Part shown: one piece after another, positions 1 to 9,549 of the stretch | How the letters are laid out: the number at the start of each line of letters is the position of its first letter | Position numbering within the stretch: the first letter of the stretch is position 1 | Sequence record: LR756500.1 | Length of the DNA: 64,000 bases | Reading direction: 5' to 3' (one strand) | Notes under the pieces: model-generated | What the model was told of the DNA's origin: nothing | Database searches by the model: none | Seen by the model: only the letters and a program-made list of their open reading frames with translations | Translations under genes and position numbers: made by a program

Positions 1-460
1 CCAAGTCTTTAGATGTACTAGCGTCAATTATTTTTCTTTCTAAATATAATCTTATTTGATTATCCATTAATACACTATCTAAAGCTACTAATAATTGTTG
101 CCTACTTCTTTCAGGCCCTATATCATCAAATCTTTGAAGCAATCTCATACTAGTTACTTTTTCTTTGAAAGGTCTTATTTGTTTTGTATAATATAACAAA
201 GTAACTTCTAATTTATTTTCATCTTTGTTTCCTTCTTTTTCTTTTGCTTTTCTTAAAACTTCATCAAATTCTTTTTGCGATGCAGTTCCTTTAACAGTAT
301 TAGGAGTTCTAAATGAGTTACTTGATTTTGATTTATTTTTATCATTAGAAGTGTTTTTAAACTTATTCGCATATTCGGGTGGAATATAACGTCCACTATA
401 TCTTATTTTTTCATCATCTGCTTCTAATAAAAATTCTTCGTATTCTAAAATGTATTTCAT
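1..460 (-). CDS. Hypothetical protein with N-terminal capsid-targeting-like tag (partial, runs off window start)
   Basis: Manual translation from ATG at 460: MKYILEYEEFLLEADDEKIRYSGRYIPPEYANKF..., open to the window edge; not in the ORF track. Confidence 0.75.
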   Translation of the reverse strand, partial: MKYILEYEEFLLEADDEKIRYSGRYIPPEYANKFKNTSNDKNKSKSSNSFRTPNTVKGTASQKEFDEVLRKAKEKEGNKDENKLEVTLLYYTKQIRPFKEKVTSMRLLQRFDDIGPERSRQQLLVALDSVLMDNQIRLYLERKIIDASTSKDL

Positions 461-515
461 ATGCTTACTCTATTTTAATTATATATTTTGAATATATAAT
501 TAAAAATAGAAGGTT

Positions 516-1517
516 ATGAAGTTTATATTAGAGTATGAAGAATTTTTGTTTGAGAATACTAGATATGTAGATGCTGAAAAAGACTTTTTAAAAACTAAAA
601 GAATAGATAAAAAGACTTGGGATTATTTAATAACAAATATAAGTAATAAATATGTTTATTGGGCTGTAAGAGAGTATGTTTTAAATAAAGAAAATAATAG
701 AATTGGTAATAAATTAGAAGATTATGTTAATATATCACGAATGTATGATATCAAAGGAAATACATTTGCTAAAAATGAAAGAGATTTATATAATTTTTCA
801 GATTTTAATAAAAATAACGATTATACATTTAATAAAGTAAAAGATTTATATAATATTAATAACAGTTTAAAAATCAAACCAAAAGATATATTTAAAACTA
901 GAACAGATTTAGTTGAAATAGGAAGTAATATTTTATATGAAGATAAAGAAGGTAATATTGTAGTTGAAGCATTAAATAGAGCTGCTGATTTATATTGGGG
1001 AAGTTGGTATAAAAAAAGAGAAGGTGCATTAGTTATAGATAACTGTATGACAAGTGAACCTTCATCTGATATAAAATATTTAAAAGATGTTCCAGAGGGT
1101 GGTAGACTTTATATTATATTACCTAAAGAACCGATAATTATATTAAGAAGATTATTTATAATGGAATATGAAGATGCATGGGGATTCGTAGGTCATCAAG
1201 ATTTTTCGATTGAAGAAACTAGTTATAAAAATATGTTAATTAAAAAATATCATGCTTTATATAAAGAATTAAATAAAAAATTAAATTATAAAAATGAAGA
1301 ATTATATAATATAATTAAAAGACTTTTTGAGTTAGATAGTAAACATGTAATCTATGATTACATTTATAATGGTTATAATGAATTAGATATTAATATAGAA
1401 TTTAATGAATTTATTAAACAATTAAACAATAATTTTAATCATATACCATCATATATGTCAGAGTATTTTATAGAATTATATAATTATTATCATGGATTAA
1501 CTAATAAAATAGTTTAA
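516..1517 (+). CDS. Hypothetical protein with CTS-like N-terminal tag
   Basis: 333 aa ORF starting MKFILEYEEFLFE; ATATATA motif upstream at about 490. Confidence 0.7.
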   Translation: MKFILEYEEFLFENTRYVDAEKDFLKTKRIDKKTWDYLITNISNKYVYWAVREYVLNKENNRIGNKLEDYVNISRMYDIKGNTFAKNERDLYNFSDFNKNNDYTFNKVKDLYNINNSLKIKPKDIFKTRTDLVEIGSNILYEDKEGNIVVEALNRAADLYWGSWYKKREGALVIDNCMTSEPSSDIKYLKDVPEGGRLYIILPKEPIIILRRLFIMEYEDAWGFVGHQDFSIEETSYKNMLIKKYHALYKELNKKLNYKNEELYNIIKRLFELDSKHVIYDYIYNGYNELDINIEFNEFIKQLNNNFNHIPSYMSEYFIELYNYYHGLTNKIV

Positions 1518-1616
1518 AAATTAATTGAACATAAGTAATAAAAATAGAAAATGATATAAAAAAGTATTTACTTAAAGGTTATAATAAAATATATTTTAAA
1601 TTATAACATTTAAAAA

Positions 1617-2633
1617 TTATTTTCTTTGTTTGTATTTATTTTTTATATAATCATTAATATCTTCTTCACTCATACCTTTACGTCTTAAAATATTTTTCAT
1701 AACATGTGTACGTTTTTCTTCTTTACTCATATTTTTTAAATTTACTGTTGGTGCTGGACCAGATTTAATTTGTTTATATTTAAATTTAATATAGTCGTTA
1801 ATCTCTTCATCACTTGCGCCTTTACGTCTTAAATGAGTTTTAATAGTAGATATATTGAAATTTGATCTTTCTTCATCATTAAGAGATGAAGAAAGATTAT
1901 TAAATTTACTCATAGTGTATTCATTATATTTTTTAACGACTTCTTTAGCCATATTTAATGTCGGTTCATTAGCTAACCAAACATATAAATTATGTTTGGT
2001 TTTAGAAAATTCATGCTTATCTATAACTTTAGAACTAAAATATTGTTCTACTTCTTTTAATGTTTTAGGATCTTTAGATAAAGAATATGAATCATAAAGC
2101 TTTAATATTTTAGTACATATAATATTAAATTTAGGACTTAAATTAAAAAATACACGGCTTGGATATGCATTACCATTGTTTTGTTCTATTTCTCTGTATA
2201 TAGTTTGGAGTGCAAGAAGTACCGCTTCTTCTTGCGATAATCCATCATATTTAGGAGATGTATCTTTAAGTATATTACGTCTATCTATAAAATCGCTAGA
2301 AAGTTCATTTAGTATTTTTTCAGTTAATTCTTTAGTAGGGGCTTCATTTGTTTTTAAAGAATATAATGGTTTATTAGGCACTAAATCGCTATTTAAAAAA
2401 TATTTAAATATTAAACGTAATATTGCAGCATAATTTTTAATATTTTCTTTTTTAAGAAACTCTATAGGTTTAAACTCTTCGTTACTTAAATAAATTTTAT
2501 TTGATTTTTTAAAAAGTTCATATATTTTGGTTAAACTTTTGTATAAATCATTTATATTTTGTTGTTTATTTTTTTCTTTACGACCTGTATTAGCTTCTAA
2601 TAAAAATTCTTCGTATTCTAAAATGTATTTCAT
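1617..2633 (-). CDS. Hypothetical protein with CTS-like tag and duplicated C-terminal motif
   Basis: Starts MKYILEYEEFLLE; C-terminus has two copies of LRRKGxSxExINDYIKxKYKQ. Confidence 0.7.
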   Translation of the reverse strand: MKYILEYEEFLLEANTGRKEKNKQQNINDLYKSLTKIYELFKKSNKIYLSNEEFKPIEFLKKENIKNYAAILRLIFKYFLNSDLVPNKPLYSLKTNEAPTKELTEKILNELSSDFIDRRNILKDTSPKYDGLSQEEAVLLALQTIYREIEQNNGNAYPSRVFFNLSPKFNIICTKILKLYDSYSLSKDPKTLKEVEQYFSSKVIDKHEFSKTKHNLYVWLANEPTLNMAKEVVKKYNEYTMSKFNNLSSSLNDEERSNFNISTIKTHLRRKGASDEEINDYIKFKYKQIKSGPAPTVNLKNMSKEEKRTHVMKNILRRKGMSEEDINDYIKNKYKQRK

Positions 2634-3013
2634 TTATTTAATTCATTTAAGTTAAAGTATCTAAACCCTCTAAATCCTTTCATAGGAATTGGCTCTATTT
2701 CATTAAATTGTCCTGATCTTTCTATAAATTTACCACTCCAATTTTTTCCTGTAGTAGAACATGTAAAAGATTTTTCCTTTATTCCTGTTATTTTCATCCA
2801 TCCCACAACATTACCATTATAATTTAGGTAACATTTATTTCCTACTATATCTTTTTTAGGAAGAAATGGAACTTTAAAATTTAAATTATTAGATCCATTT
2901 TTAACAGAATCTAATTCTTTTCTATATTCATTCCAATCTATATTAGAAGGTATAGTTATTATTATATCACTCTTATCAGTAACAACTTCTTCATATTCTT
3001 TTATATACTTCAT
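2630..3013 (-). CDS. Hypothetical protein with CTS-like tag (possibly ASCH/PUA-like beta fold)
   Basis: Starts MKYIKEYEE; motifs GNVVGWMKITG and PIPMKGFRGFRY; 4-nt overlap with the next gene; fold call tentative. Confidence 0.5.
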   Translation of the reverse strand: MKYIKEYEEVVTDKSDIIITIPSNIDWNEYRKELDSVKNGSNNLNFKVPFLPKKDIVGNKCYLNYNGNVVGWMKITGIKEKSFTCSTTGKNWSGKFIERSGQFNEIEPIPMKGFRGFRYFNLNELNK

Positions 3014-3027
3014 TACTTAAATTATTT

Positions 3028-3660
3028 TTAGATAAATTTTATGTTTAAATATCTCAGTTCTGCTGCTTTAGCAAAATCTCTATCTGTTGATTTATCACCT
3101 ATTATTCTTGAATTAGCTTTATCTATTTTTCCATATTTTTCTATAGTTTTAGTAATAGCTCCTATATTAGGTTTTCTCATAGGATCGGTTCTTTTAGTTG
3201 TTATACTATAGAAATAATCTAATAATGGAATTCCTTTTGCTGCTAATGATTTTTTAATTTTATTCATTTTATATTTAAAATCATCTTCATTAACATATCC
3301 TGATTCAATTCCTCCCTGATTAGTTACAATAATTATTTTATAATTTTTTTTAACCATTATTTTTAAATATGCAATACAATTACTTTTTAATATCCAATCA
3401 TTTTTATCCTCTGAAAATGTTCCTCCTGATGCAGGTTCAATTAATGTATGATCTAAATCTACAAAAATATATTTATTACCAAAAATTTCAGTTCTTATAT
3501 CATCTTTATTTTCAGTATCATATGTTATTTCCTTTTGAATATCTAGAGTTTTTTCCTCTGCATCTTTCTTTATAATTTTTTTCTTTTTCTTTCTTCTAAA
3601 AAGTCTTTGAAAAAAATTATCTTCATTCAAAAAATCATCATATGTTTGTATATATTTCAT
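3028..3660 (-). CDS. HAD-family (subfamily IIIA) phosphatase, polynucleotide 3'-phosphatase/GmhB-like, with CTS-like tag
   Basis: HAD motifs FVDLDHTL, IVTNQGGI, RKPNIG, IGDKSTDRDFA; N-terminus MKYIQTYDDFLNE. Confidence 0.85.
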   Translation of the reverse strand: MKYIQTYDDFLNEDNFFQRLFRRKKKKKIIKKDAEEKTLDIQKEITYDTENKDDIRTEIFGNKYIFVDLDHTLIEPASGGTFSEDKNDWILKSNCIAYLKIMVKKNYKIIIVTNQGGIESGYVNEDDFKYKMNKIKKSLAAKGIPLLDYFYSITTKRTDPMRKPNIGAITKTIEKYGKIDKANSRIIGDKSTDRDFAKAAELRYLNIKFI

Positions 3661-3671
3661 ATTTTTATAAT

Positions 3672-3995
3672 TTAAGTTAATCCACTATGAATTTTATCAT
3701 ATATAGGTTTTTGTAAAATTTTCCAATTAATATCTGGATTCTTTTCTTTGATTTTATTTAAAATTTTATCTATTCTTTTATTTAATTCATTAGAAGGTTC
3801 ATCATTTTTCCAATAATCATCATTTAAAGAAACATTATATATTTTATCTGCTTGCATTTCATCTTCTTTAGTAACTACTATATTTTCATAATCTGGTATT
3901 AACTCTTTAGCATATTTTATAAATTTATCATTTTGTTCATTTAGTTCTTCGGAACTACATGCTATATACTCTTCATACTCTTTTATATACTTCAT
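3672..3995 (-). CDS. Hypothetical protein with CTS-like tag
   Basis: Starts MKYIKEYEEY. Confidence 0.65.
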   Translation of the reverse strand: MKYIKEYEEYIACSSEELNEQNDKFIKYAKELIPDYENIVVTKEDEMQADKIYNVSLNDDYWKNDEPSNELNKRIDKILNKIKEKNPDINWKILQKPIYDKIHSGLT

Positions 3996-3998
3996 TAT

Positions 3999-5204
3999 CT
4001 ATAATTTTATTATATCAAATTCAAAATTCAATCCAGCATCTAAACAAGCTTTTCTTTTCAATTCATTAACTTCTTTATTCTTATTATACGTATATACACT
4101 CTTTACTTCAATTATCTTATTCTCACTAACTATATAAATATCTGGATAATAACGATGCTCTTTACCATCAATTGTAATATATATTACTTTCCCTATATAT
4201 CTTTCAATATCTTTATTCTCAATCATTATATCACTCTCATCATATCCCATCTCAAACAATTTATCCAATGCTTGTGGTTCATAGCCCTGCACTCTAGTTA
4301 TTTTACCAGAAGGCAATTCGTAACCTTTAAATCTAAATGCATTCATCATTGCTCTTTCAAATATAACTAAATCTTTCATTTGATGATCTACTCCATATCT
4401 TTCAATTAATGTTTCTTTAATTTTTTCACGAATAATTGATGATTTAAATATCTGATCTACACCATATCTTTCAATTAATGTATTTTTTATTTTTTCTTTT
4501 ATTTCATCAATATTTAATTTTAATGAACAATCTACATTATATCTTTTCATTAGTGTTTCTTTTATTTTTTTAGTTATACCTTCCTTTTTATGTCCATAAA
4601 TTTTATCTTTAGTTTCATTACATTTATTTATAACTTCTTTTACTTTCCAATTATGATCAACTCCATGCTTTTCTAAATAATTTTTTTTATATACTTCTCT
4701 AACAGTATTTGATTCAAATGGAGTTTTAAAACCATATTTTTTAATATTTGTATTTTCAATTTTTTTTCGAAATTCAGGATGTTGAATTGGTGCCTCAACT
4801 CCATATTTTTCTAACATAGTTTTTTTATACTTTTTTGCCCTTTTAATATAATGATTAGGATCATTCTTTTTTGTATTAACTATCTCATTGTACATATTAC
4901 TATTAATTTTACAAATTTTACTACAATACTTTTGATATCCTAAAGCTCTTCCTTTAAATCCTAATTCATTTTCTTTACATATAGGACAAATTGAAATATT
5001 TTGTACNNNNNNNNNNNNNNNNNNNNNNNNTTGAGAAAATTTAAAATCTTTATCTTTAAAATACTTATTATGATATTCTAATATTATTTTGAACTCTTTA
5101 TTAAGATTTATTTCAAACCAGCTTTCAGCAGTATTAGCAGCTTTAGTTGCTTTTGAATAATAATATGACATTTTTTCTTCATCTAAAATTATTATACTTT
5201 CCAT
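3999..5204 (-). CDS. Putative free-standing homing endonuclease (CxxC zinc motif, KYGV repeats, C-terminal PD-(D/E)XK-like domain)
   Basis: CPIC...CSKIC, repeated KYGV(E/D) units, YYPDIYIVSENKIIEVKS; paralogous to 43257-44270; spans the N gap at 5007-5030. Confidence 0.7.
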   Translation of the reverse strand: MESIIILDEEKMSYYYSKATKAANTAESWFEINLNKEFKIILEYHNKYFKDKDFKFSQXXXXXXXXVQNISICPICKENELGFKGRALGYQKYCSKICKINSNMYNEIVNTKKNDPNHYIKRAKKYKKTMLEKYGVEAPIQHPEFRKKIENTNIKKYGFKTPFESNTVREVYKKNYLEKHGVDHNWKVKEVINKCNETKDKIYGHKKEGITKKIKETLMKRYNVDCSLKLNIDEIKEKIKNTLIERYGVDQIFKSSIIREKIKETLIERYGVDHQMKDLVIFERAMMNAFRFKGYELPSGKITRVQGYEPQALDKLFEMGYDESDIMIENKDIERYIGKVIYITIDGKEHRYYPDIYIVSENKIIEVKSVYTYNKNKEVNELKRKACLDAGLNFEFDIIKL

Positions 5205-5304
5205 ATATTTATTAATTTAAATATTTTTACTTGATTTATTTTCTAGAAAATAAATCCTATATCTAATTTTATATGATATTTTAATTAAAAGTTTAGAAAT
5301 AAAA

Positions 5305-5332
5305 AAGTCAATACTTTTAAAAATATTGACTT
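5305..5332 (-). terminator. Rho-independent terminator after the neck gene
   Basis: 9-bp stem aagtcaata/tattgactt followed by a T-run on the minus strand. Confidence 0.6.
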
Positions 5333-5372
5333 AAATTATCTGTTTATATAAAATATTATAACATATTGATTA

Positions 5373-6131
5373 TTAACTCGCAAAAAACCAATCGGTTCCT
5401 TCTTCTGATTTTAGCTGTTCACGTATGGATTCAATTTCTTCTTTACCTTCATCACGAATTAAATCATAATTTAAAGTTATAGATCCGGGTAATTCAAAAT
5501 TGAACGTTCCTAGTACTCTTGATATTTGGACTTTGCATTGGGCTACTACATATCTGTAGAATATTTCATCACTGAAAAGGCTACAGTCATCTATGTATTG
5601 GTATATTCTTAGAACTACGTGTCTTTTAGGTTGATCACCCATAAATCTTAGATTATGAGTTAGTCTATTAAAATCATAGCTAATTTTATTTACTAGAATT
5701 CTTCTAGATAGATCATAAAAACTTTCATTAACAACATAATACATTAAGCTTTCAGATTGAAGTCCAGGCTGATACATATTGCCATAAATAAATTTATCTA
5801 AAGAGAAATCTTTATCCATTGAATTCCATCCATTATTACCGAAATTTTCTTTTCCTAGTTCATATAATCCATGAACTGAAAAAATATTTTCTGGTAATTT
5901 TACGCTTCTTGTTTCTTTGTATTCTGGTCTAGACCACATTTCATCAAGTATAACAAAATATTTTTCTTCAACGGCCGTTTCGTAATGCTTCCAAAACCAC
6001 TGTTTAGCATATTTAATAATACGAGTTATTTCTTTTGTAGGTATATTAATAGGTAGTTGACAAGCAACTGTAAGTTCTTGTTTGACTTCTTTTATTAATA
6101 AATCTAGGCATTGTAATTGTTCATTAGCCAT
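5373..6131 (-). CDS. Neck / head-tail adaptor protein, T4 gp13-like
   Basis: C-terminal FNFELPGSITLNYDLIRDEGKEEIESIREQL resembles the gp13 family; W/Y-rich N-terminal KQWFWKHY. Confidence 0.65.
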   Translation of the reverse strand: MANEQLQCLDLLIKEVKQELTVACQLPINIPTKEITRIIKYAKQWFWKHYETAVEEKYFVILDEMWSRPEYKETRSVKLPENIFSVHGLYELGKENFGNNGWNSMDKDFSLDKFIYGNMYQPGLQSESLMYYVVNESFYDLSRRILVNKISYDFNRLTHNLRFMGDQPKRHVVLRIYQYIDDCSLFSDEIFYRYVVAQCKVQISRVLGTFNFELPGSITLNYDLIRDEGKEEIESIREQLKSEEGTDWFFAS

Positions 6132-6138
6132 AATAAAA

Positions 6139-6666
6139 TTAATTTAATATATTGTATAAGTTTTTAATTTTTGTTATTAATTCATTATTTGATTCTTCTA
6201 TTTTAAAATTTTCATTATAATGAGTTAATAAATCATATTTAATATCAAAATCAAAAGATTCATCATAAGATGCTTCTTTTTTTCTTTTCTTGGCCAGAGC
6301 GGCTATAGCAGCAGTACCTCCAACAACAGCAGCTCCAACACCTAATTTTTTCTTTAAACTCCAAGGTCTTTTAATATTTTTACCACTTTGTTTAACTAAA
6401 TTTTTAACTGCAGCTTTAGATTTCATTTTTCTATATTGTGCATTAGTCATTTTTTTACCATCAACATTGATCAATTCTTTACTTTGTTTTTTAATTTTAG
6501 TATTATCAAATAAACCTTCTTCTATAGTAGCATCTAAAAGTTTTTCAAATTCTACTTTATCTTCTGATTCATTATAAATATTAAATAATGAGTTAACAAA
6601 TAATTCTTCATCAACTATAATAGAATCTATTTCATTATAGTCATTTAAATCTAATAAGTATTTCAT
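6139..6666 (-). CDS. Hypothetical protein with CTS-like start and one Gly/Ala-rich hydrophobic segment
   Basis: Starts MKYLLDLNDYNE; LGVGAAVVGGTAAIAALA flanked by Lys clusters. Confidence 0.6.
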   Translation of the reverse strand: MKYLLDLNDYNEIDSIIVDEELFVNSLFNIYNESEDKVEFEKLLDATIEEGLFDNTKIKKQSKELINVDGKKMTNAQYRKMKSKAAVKNLVKQSGKNIKRPWSLKKKLGVGAAVVGGTAAIAALAKKRKKEASYDESFDFDIKYDLLTHYNENFKIEESNNELITKIKNLYNILN

Positions 6667-6667
6667 A

Positions 6668-6973
6668 TTATTGTATCGTTTGTTTTATTTTATCTATTGT
6701 TTTTTGTCCATTAGCTTTTATAAATTCTGCATTTTGTAATGCTTTTTCTTTTTCTTTTTGAGCTAATATATCAGCCTTTGCTTTAATTGCTAAAGCTTTT
6801 TCATTTCCTCTTTCTTTAGCTCTTGTTACTTTATCGTCTATAACTTGTTTAATTTTTTCGATATCTTGTTCATTTAGATTTTCTTCTTTAGAAAAAAATT
6901 CATCTATTTCCATATTTGATGTAATAAATTTTTCGTATATTACATGTTGTTCATAAGTTAAAAGTATTTTCAT
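6668..6973 (-). CDS. Hypothetical coiled-coil protein with CTS-like start
   Basis: Starts MKILLTYEQHVIYE. Confidence 0.55.
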   Translation of the reverse strand: MKILLTYEQHVIYEKFITSNMEIDEFFSKEENLNEQDIEKIKQVIDDKVTRAKERGNEKALAIKAKADILAQKEKEKALQNAEFIKANGQKTIDKIKQTIQ

Positions 6974-6975
6974 AA

Positions 6976-8283
6976 TTATATTTTTTTAAATTCTATTACA
7001 TCTGTTTCTGGTGATATTATAGCAAAGTTTCCAACAAAACCTTCTCTAAATATACCACCTTTCATTTCACCATTAAAGGTTCCTTTTTTACCATATACAT
7101 AAATATTATTAGCAGTACAGGTTTTTCCAAAATAACAATTATTAATTTTTGAATTTTTAATATCTGTTTCCATATAAAGTTTACAATCATCTAAAATTGA
7201 ATTATCTACTTTGCAATGGAATAATTCACAATTTGAAAGATTTCCTTCTATTGTACATTCAATTAAATCAACATTACTTATTTCGTGACAATTTGTTAAA
7301 TTTGCATTTCTTATTTGTATTTTTCCTTTATCAGAATCATAATTTATTTCACCTTGTTTTAATTGTGCTTCACATAATATTTTAAATATTCTATCTCTAA
7401 CATTTAAGTAATAAAGATTTGTTATTTTTGGATCATCCTGCATATCACAATAGAATTTAATTTTAGGAAATTCTGTAAATAAACCGTTTAAATCTTTATA
7501 TGCTCTAATTAATTTTAGATGTTTGTTAAAAATCATTTTTAATTCTTCTTTATTATCAGCAGAATATTCTTTGTTATTAACAGATCTAAATAATGATATT
7601 AAAGATTCATCTACAACTTTAATAATATCATCATATTTTTCATGATAATTTTTACCTCCTAAATATCTAAATTCTAAATAGCCTTTAATTAACTTAGTGA
7701 AATTAACTCCATAGTATTTAGTATGAGGCATTATAAAATTTTTAGGAGATATATTGTTAAAATCATAATCAGATTCTAAGAAATATTTATTTTGAGGTAT
7801 TATAAATTTTATAGACTTAGCATATACATTGCTTCTTCTTTTAGGAAATATTTCGTATACATATTCTTCATCAAATTCTAAAATGAATTTTAAAACATCC
7901 ATATGAGATAGAAAACCTTCTCCATACTTTTTAGAATCGAAAGAAACATTGTAATGAATACCACATCTATTAGTTGTATTTGCATTATCTTTAATATAGT
8001 CAAACGCTTTTCCTAATATTAATTTAGCTTCTATATATTTCATTGGGCCTGTAATTAATTCTAGAGTTTTTTCACCTCCAGAATAGTCAGGTTCCATTTT
8101 AAATGTTTTATCGTCAGGTTTAAAATCACTATGAGCTTTATCAAAATATTGAATTTTTTTACCTAAAATTTTCTGTAAAGTTTTTCTAGTTTCTTCAACA
8201 GATTGTTTAGGTATAAATTCAATCTCCCATCCAACTTTAGCTGAATGTAAAATATCATGGCTTGTTAAATCATCTAATTTCAT
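6976..8283 (-). CDS. Putative amidoligase (COOH-NH2 ligase type) with C-terminal beta-repeat region
   Basis: GWEIEF, EPDYSG, LELITGP, CGIHYNVSF, KYYGVNF, YLEFRYLGG motifs; Cys/Asn/Ile-periodic C-terminus. Confidence 0.75.
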   Translation of the reverse strand: MKLDDLTSHDILHSAKVGWEIEFIPKQSVEETRKTLQKILGKKIQYFDKAHSDFKPDDKTFKMEPDYSGGEKTLELITGPMKYIEAKLILGKAFDYIKDNANTTNRCGIHYNVSFDSKKYGEGFLSHMDVLKFILEFDEEYVYEIFPKRRSNVYAKSIKFIIPQNKYFLESDYDFNNISPKNFIMPHTKYYGVNFTKLIKGYLEFRYLGGKNYHEKYDDIIKVVDESLISLFRSVNNKEYSADNKEELKMIFNKHLKLIRAYKDLNGLFTEFPKIKFYCDMQDDPKITNLYYLNVRDRIFKILCEAQLKQGEINYDSDKGKIQIRNANLTNCHEISNVDLIECTIEGNLSNCELFHCKVDNSILDDCKLYMETDIKNSKINNCYFGKTCTANNIYVYGKKGTFNGEMKGGIFREGFVGNFAIISPETDVIEFKKI

Positions 8284-8330
8284 ATTATAGATTATAATTT
8301 AAATATATATTAAAAGGTCATAAATTTTTT

Positions 8331-8936
8331 ATGAAATATATTAAAGACTATAACNNNNNNNNNNNNNNNNNNNNNTTACCTGATGTAAATTTAAATCCAT
8401 TATATTTAGAAGCTAAAGAAAGTAAAAGATATAAAGAGTTAATTGAATTAGAAGTAAAAGATATATCTACATTACAACAATAAAAGAATGGTTCATTTCA
8501 ATTTTCTCCATTATTTAGAATCAAAGAAGTTCAAACATTAAAAGATAATCCTTTGGTTAAAAAGCAACCTAAAGAAAAAATTTTAGATTATGATTTAATT
8601 TTAAATAATGAATTTAATAAATTTGAAATTTTTCAATGTCGTAAAAAAAGTGTTAGATTAAAACATGGATCTGGAACATATGCAGGTTTAAATATTGGAA
8701 AAATTGGAAAAAAATATACTAACTATAATGATGCTTTGGAATTTATAATAAATACTATAAAAAAAGATAAAAAGAATGTTGAAGATATTGTAAAATATTG
8801 GAAACAAGAAATAAAAAATAATATGTCAGTTATTAGTATAGTTAGAAAAATATTTGAACTTGAATTTATTAAAAAATATTTTAATATACCAGATCATTTA
8901 ATTAATGCTGATGATTTTGGATTCTTAGATAATTAA
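8331..8936 (+). pseudogene. CTS-tagged hypothetical gene with one in-frame TAA (8481-8483); pseudogene or consensus error
   Basis: ATG 8331 (MKYIKDYN) is in frame through the 21-nt N gap with track ORF 8553-8936; a single TAA interrupts; ends NADDFGFLDN. Confidence 0.55.
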
Positions 8937-8951
8937 AAATAAAATATTGAT

Positions 8952-9335
8952 ATGAAATACATAAAAGAGTATAGTGAATTTGTTAATGAATCAGTCGGAA
9001 CTCCATTGACATTATATACAGCAAGAGCTTCTAGTTATTTATCTCAACAATTAAAAATAGTTAAGGCTATTGAAGATAAAAAAACTCTTATGAATAAACC
9101 TAATACGGATAACGAAACACGAAAAACATTACAGGAGCATATAGCAGTCTTAAAAGAAAAGGAGGAAAAGATTAAACTGAATCTTGATAAGGCTATAGAA
9201 AAAGCTAGTGAAAAAGTTAAAAAATTACCACAAGCTAAAAGAAATGCTTTAATGAAAATGGGAGAATCTGAAAAAGAAAAGGTTGATAAAATTAAAGAAC
9301 AAATAATAGAGCTAAAACAAATAAAGAGGAATTAA
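8952..9335 (+). CDS. Hypothetical coiled-coil protein with CTS-like tag
   Basis: Starts MKYIKEYSEFVNES. Confidence 0.7.
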   Translation: MKYIKEYSEFVNESVGTPLTLYTARASSYLSQQLKIVKAIEDKKTLMNKPNTDNETRKTLQEHIAVLKEKEEKIKLNLDKAIEKASEKVKKLPQAKRNALMKMGESEKEKVDKIKEQIIELKQIKRN

Positions 9336-9349
9336 TTCCTCTTTATTTT

Positions 9350-9547
9350 TTAATTTTGTGACTCATCTTTAAATACAGGCCATTGAGCTCCATCTATTCG
9401 CATTTTTAAATAAGTAATATGTTCCTTTAACATTTGATTAATTAATTCTAATTCTTGAAATTTATTACTTAAATGTTCATAGCCTTTTTCAACAACTAAT
9501 AAACGCATTTCTAATCCTTTAATATGTTTAATATCCATTTCACTCAT
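9350..9547 (-). CDS. Small hypothetical coiled-coil protein
   Basis: 65 aa ORF tightly packed after S1. Confidence 0.55.
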   Translation of the reverse strand: MSEMDIKHIKGLEMRLLVVEKGYEHLSNKFQELELINQMLKEHITYLKMRIDGAQWPVFKDESQN

Positions 9548-9549
9548 AA

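Noticed and set aside
3993-4001. TAG readthrough fusing the endonuclease to the downstream tagged gene
   Set aside because: The two are in frame (TAG-ATA-ATG), but the downstream gene has its own typical MKYIKEY start; a 1-in-3 coincidence
5007-8375. N runs at 5007-5030 and 8355-8375 as biological features
   Set aside because: Assembly gaps; they preserve frame and warn that nearby single-base anomalies may be errors
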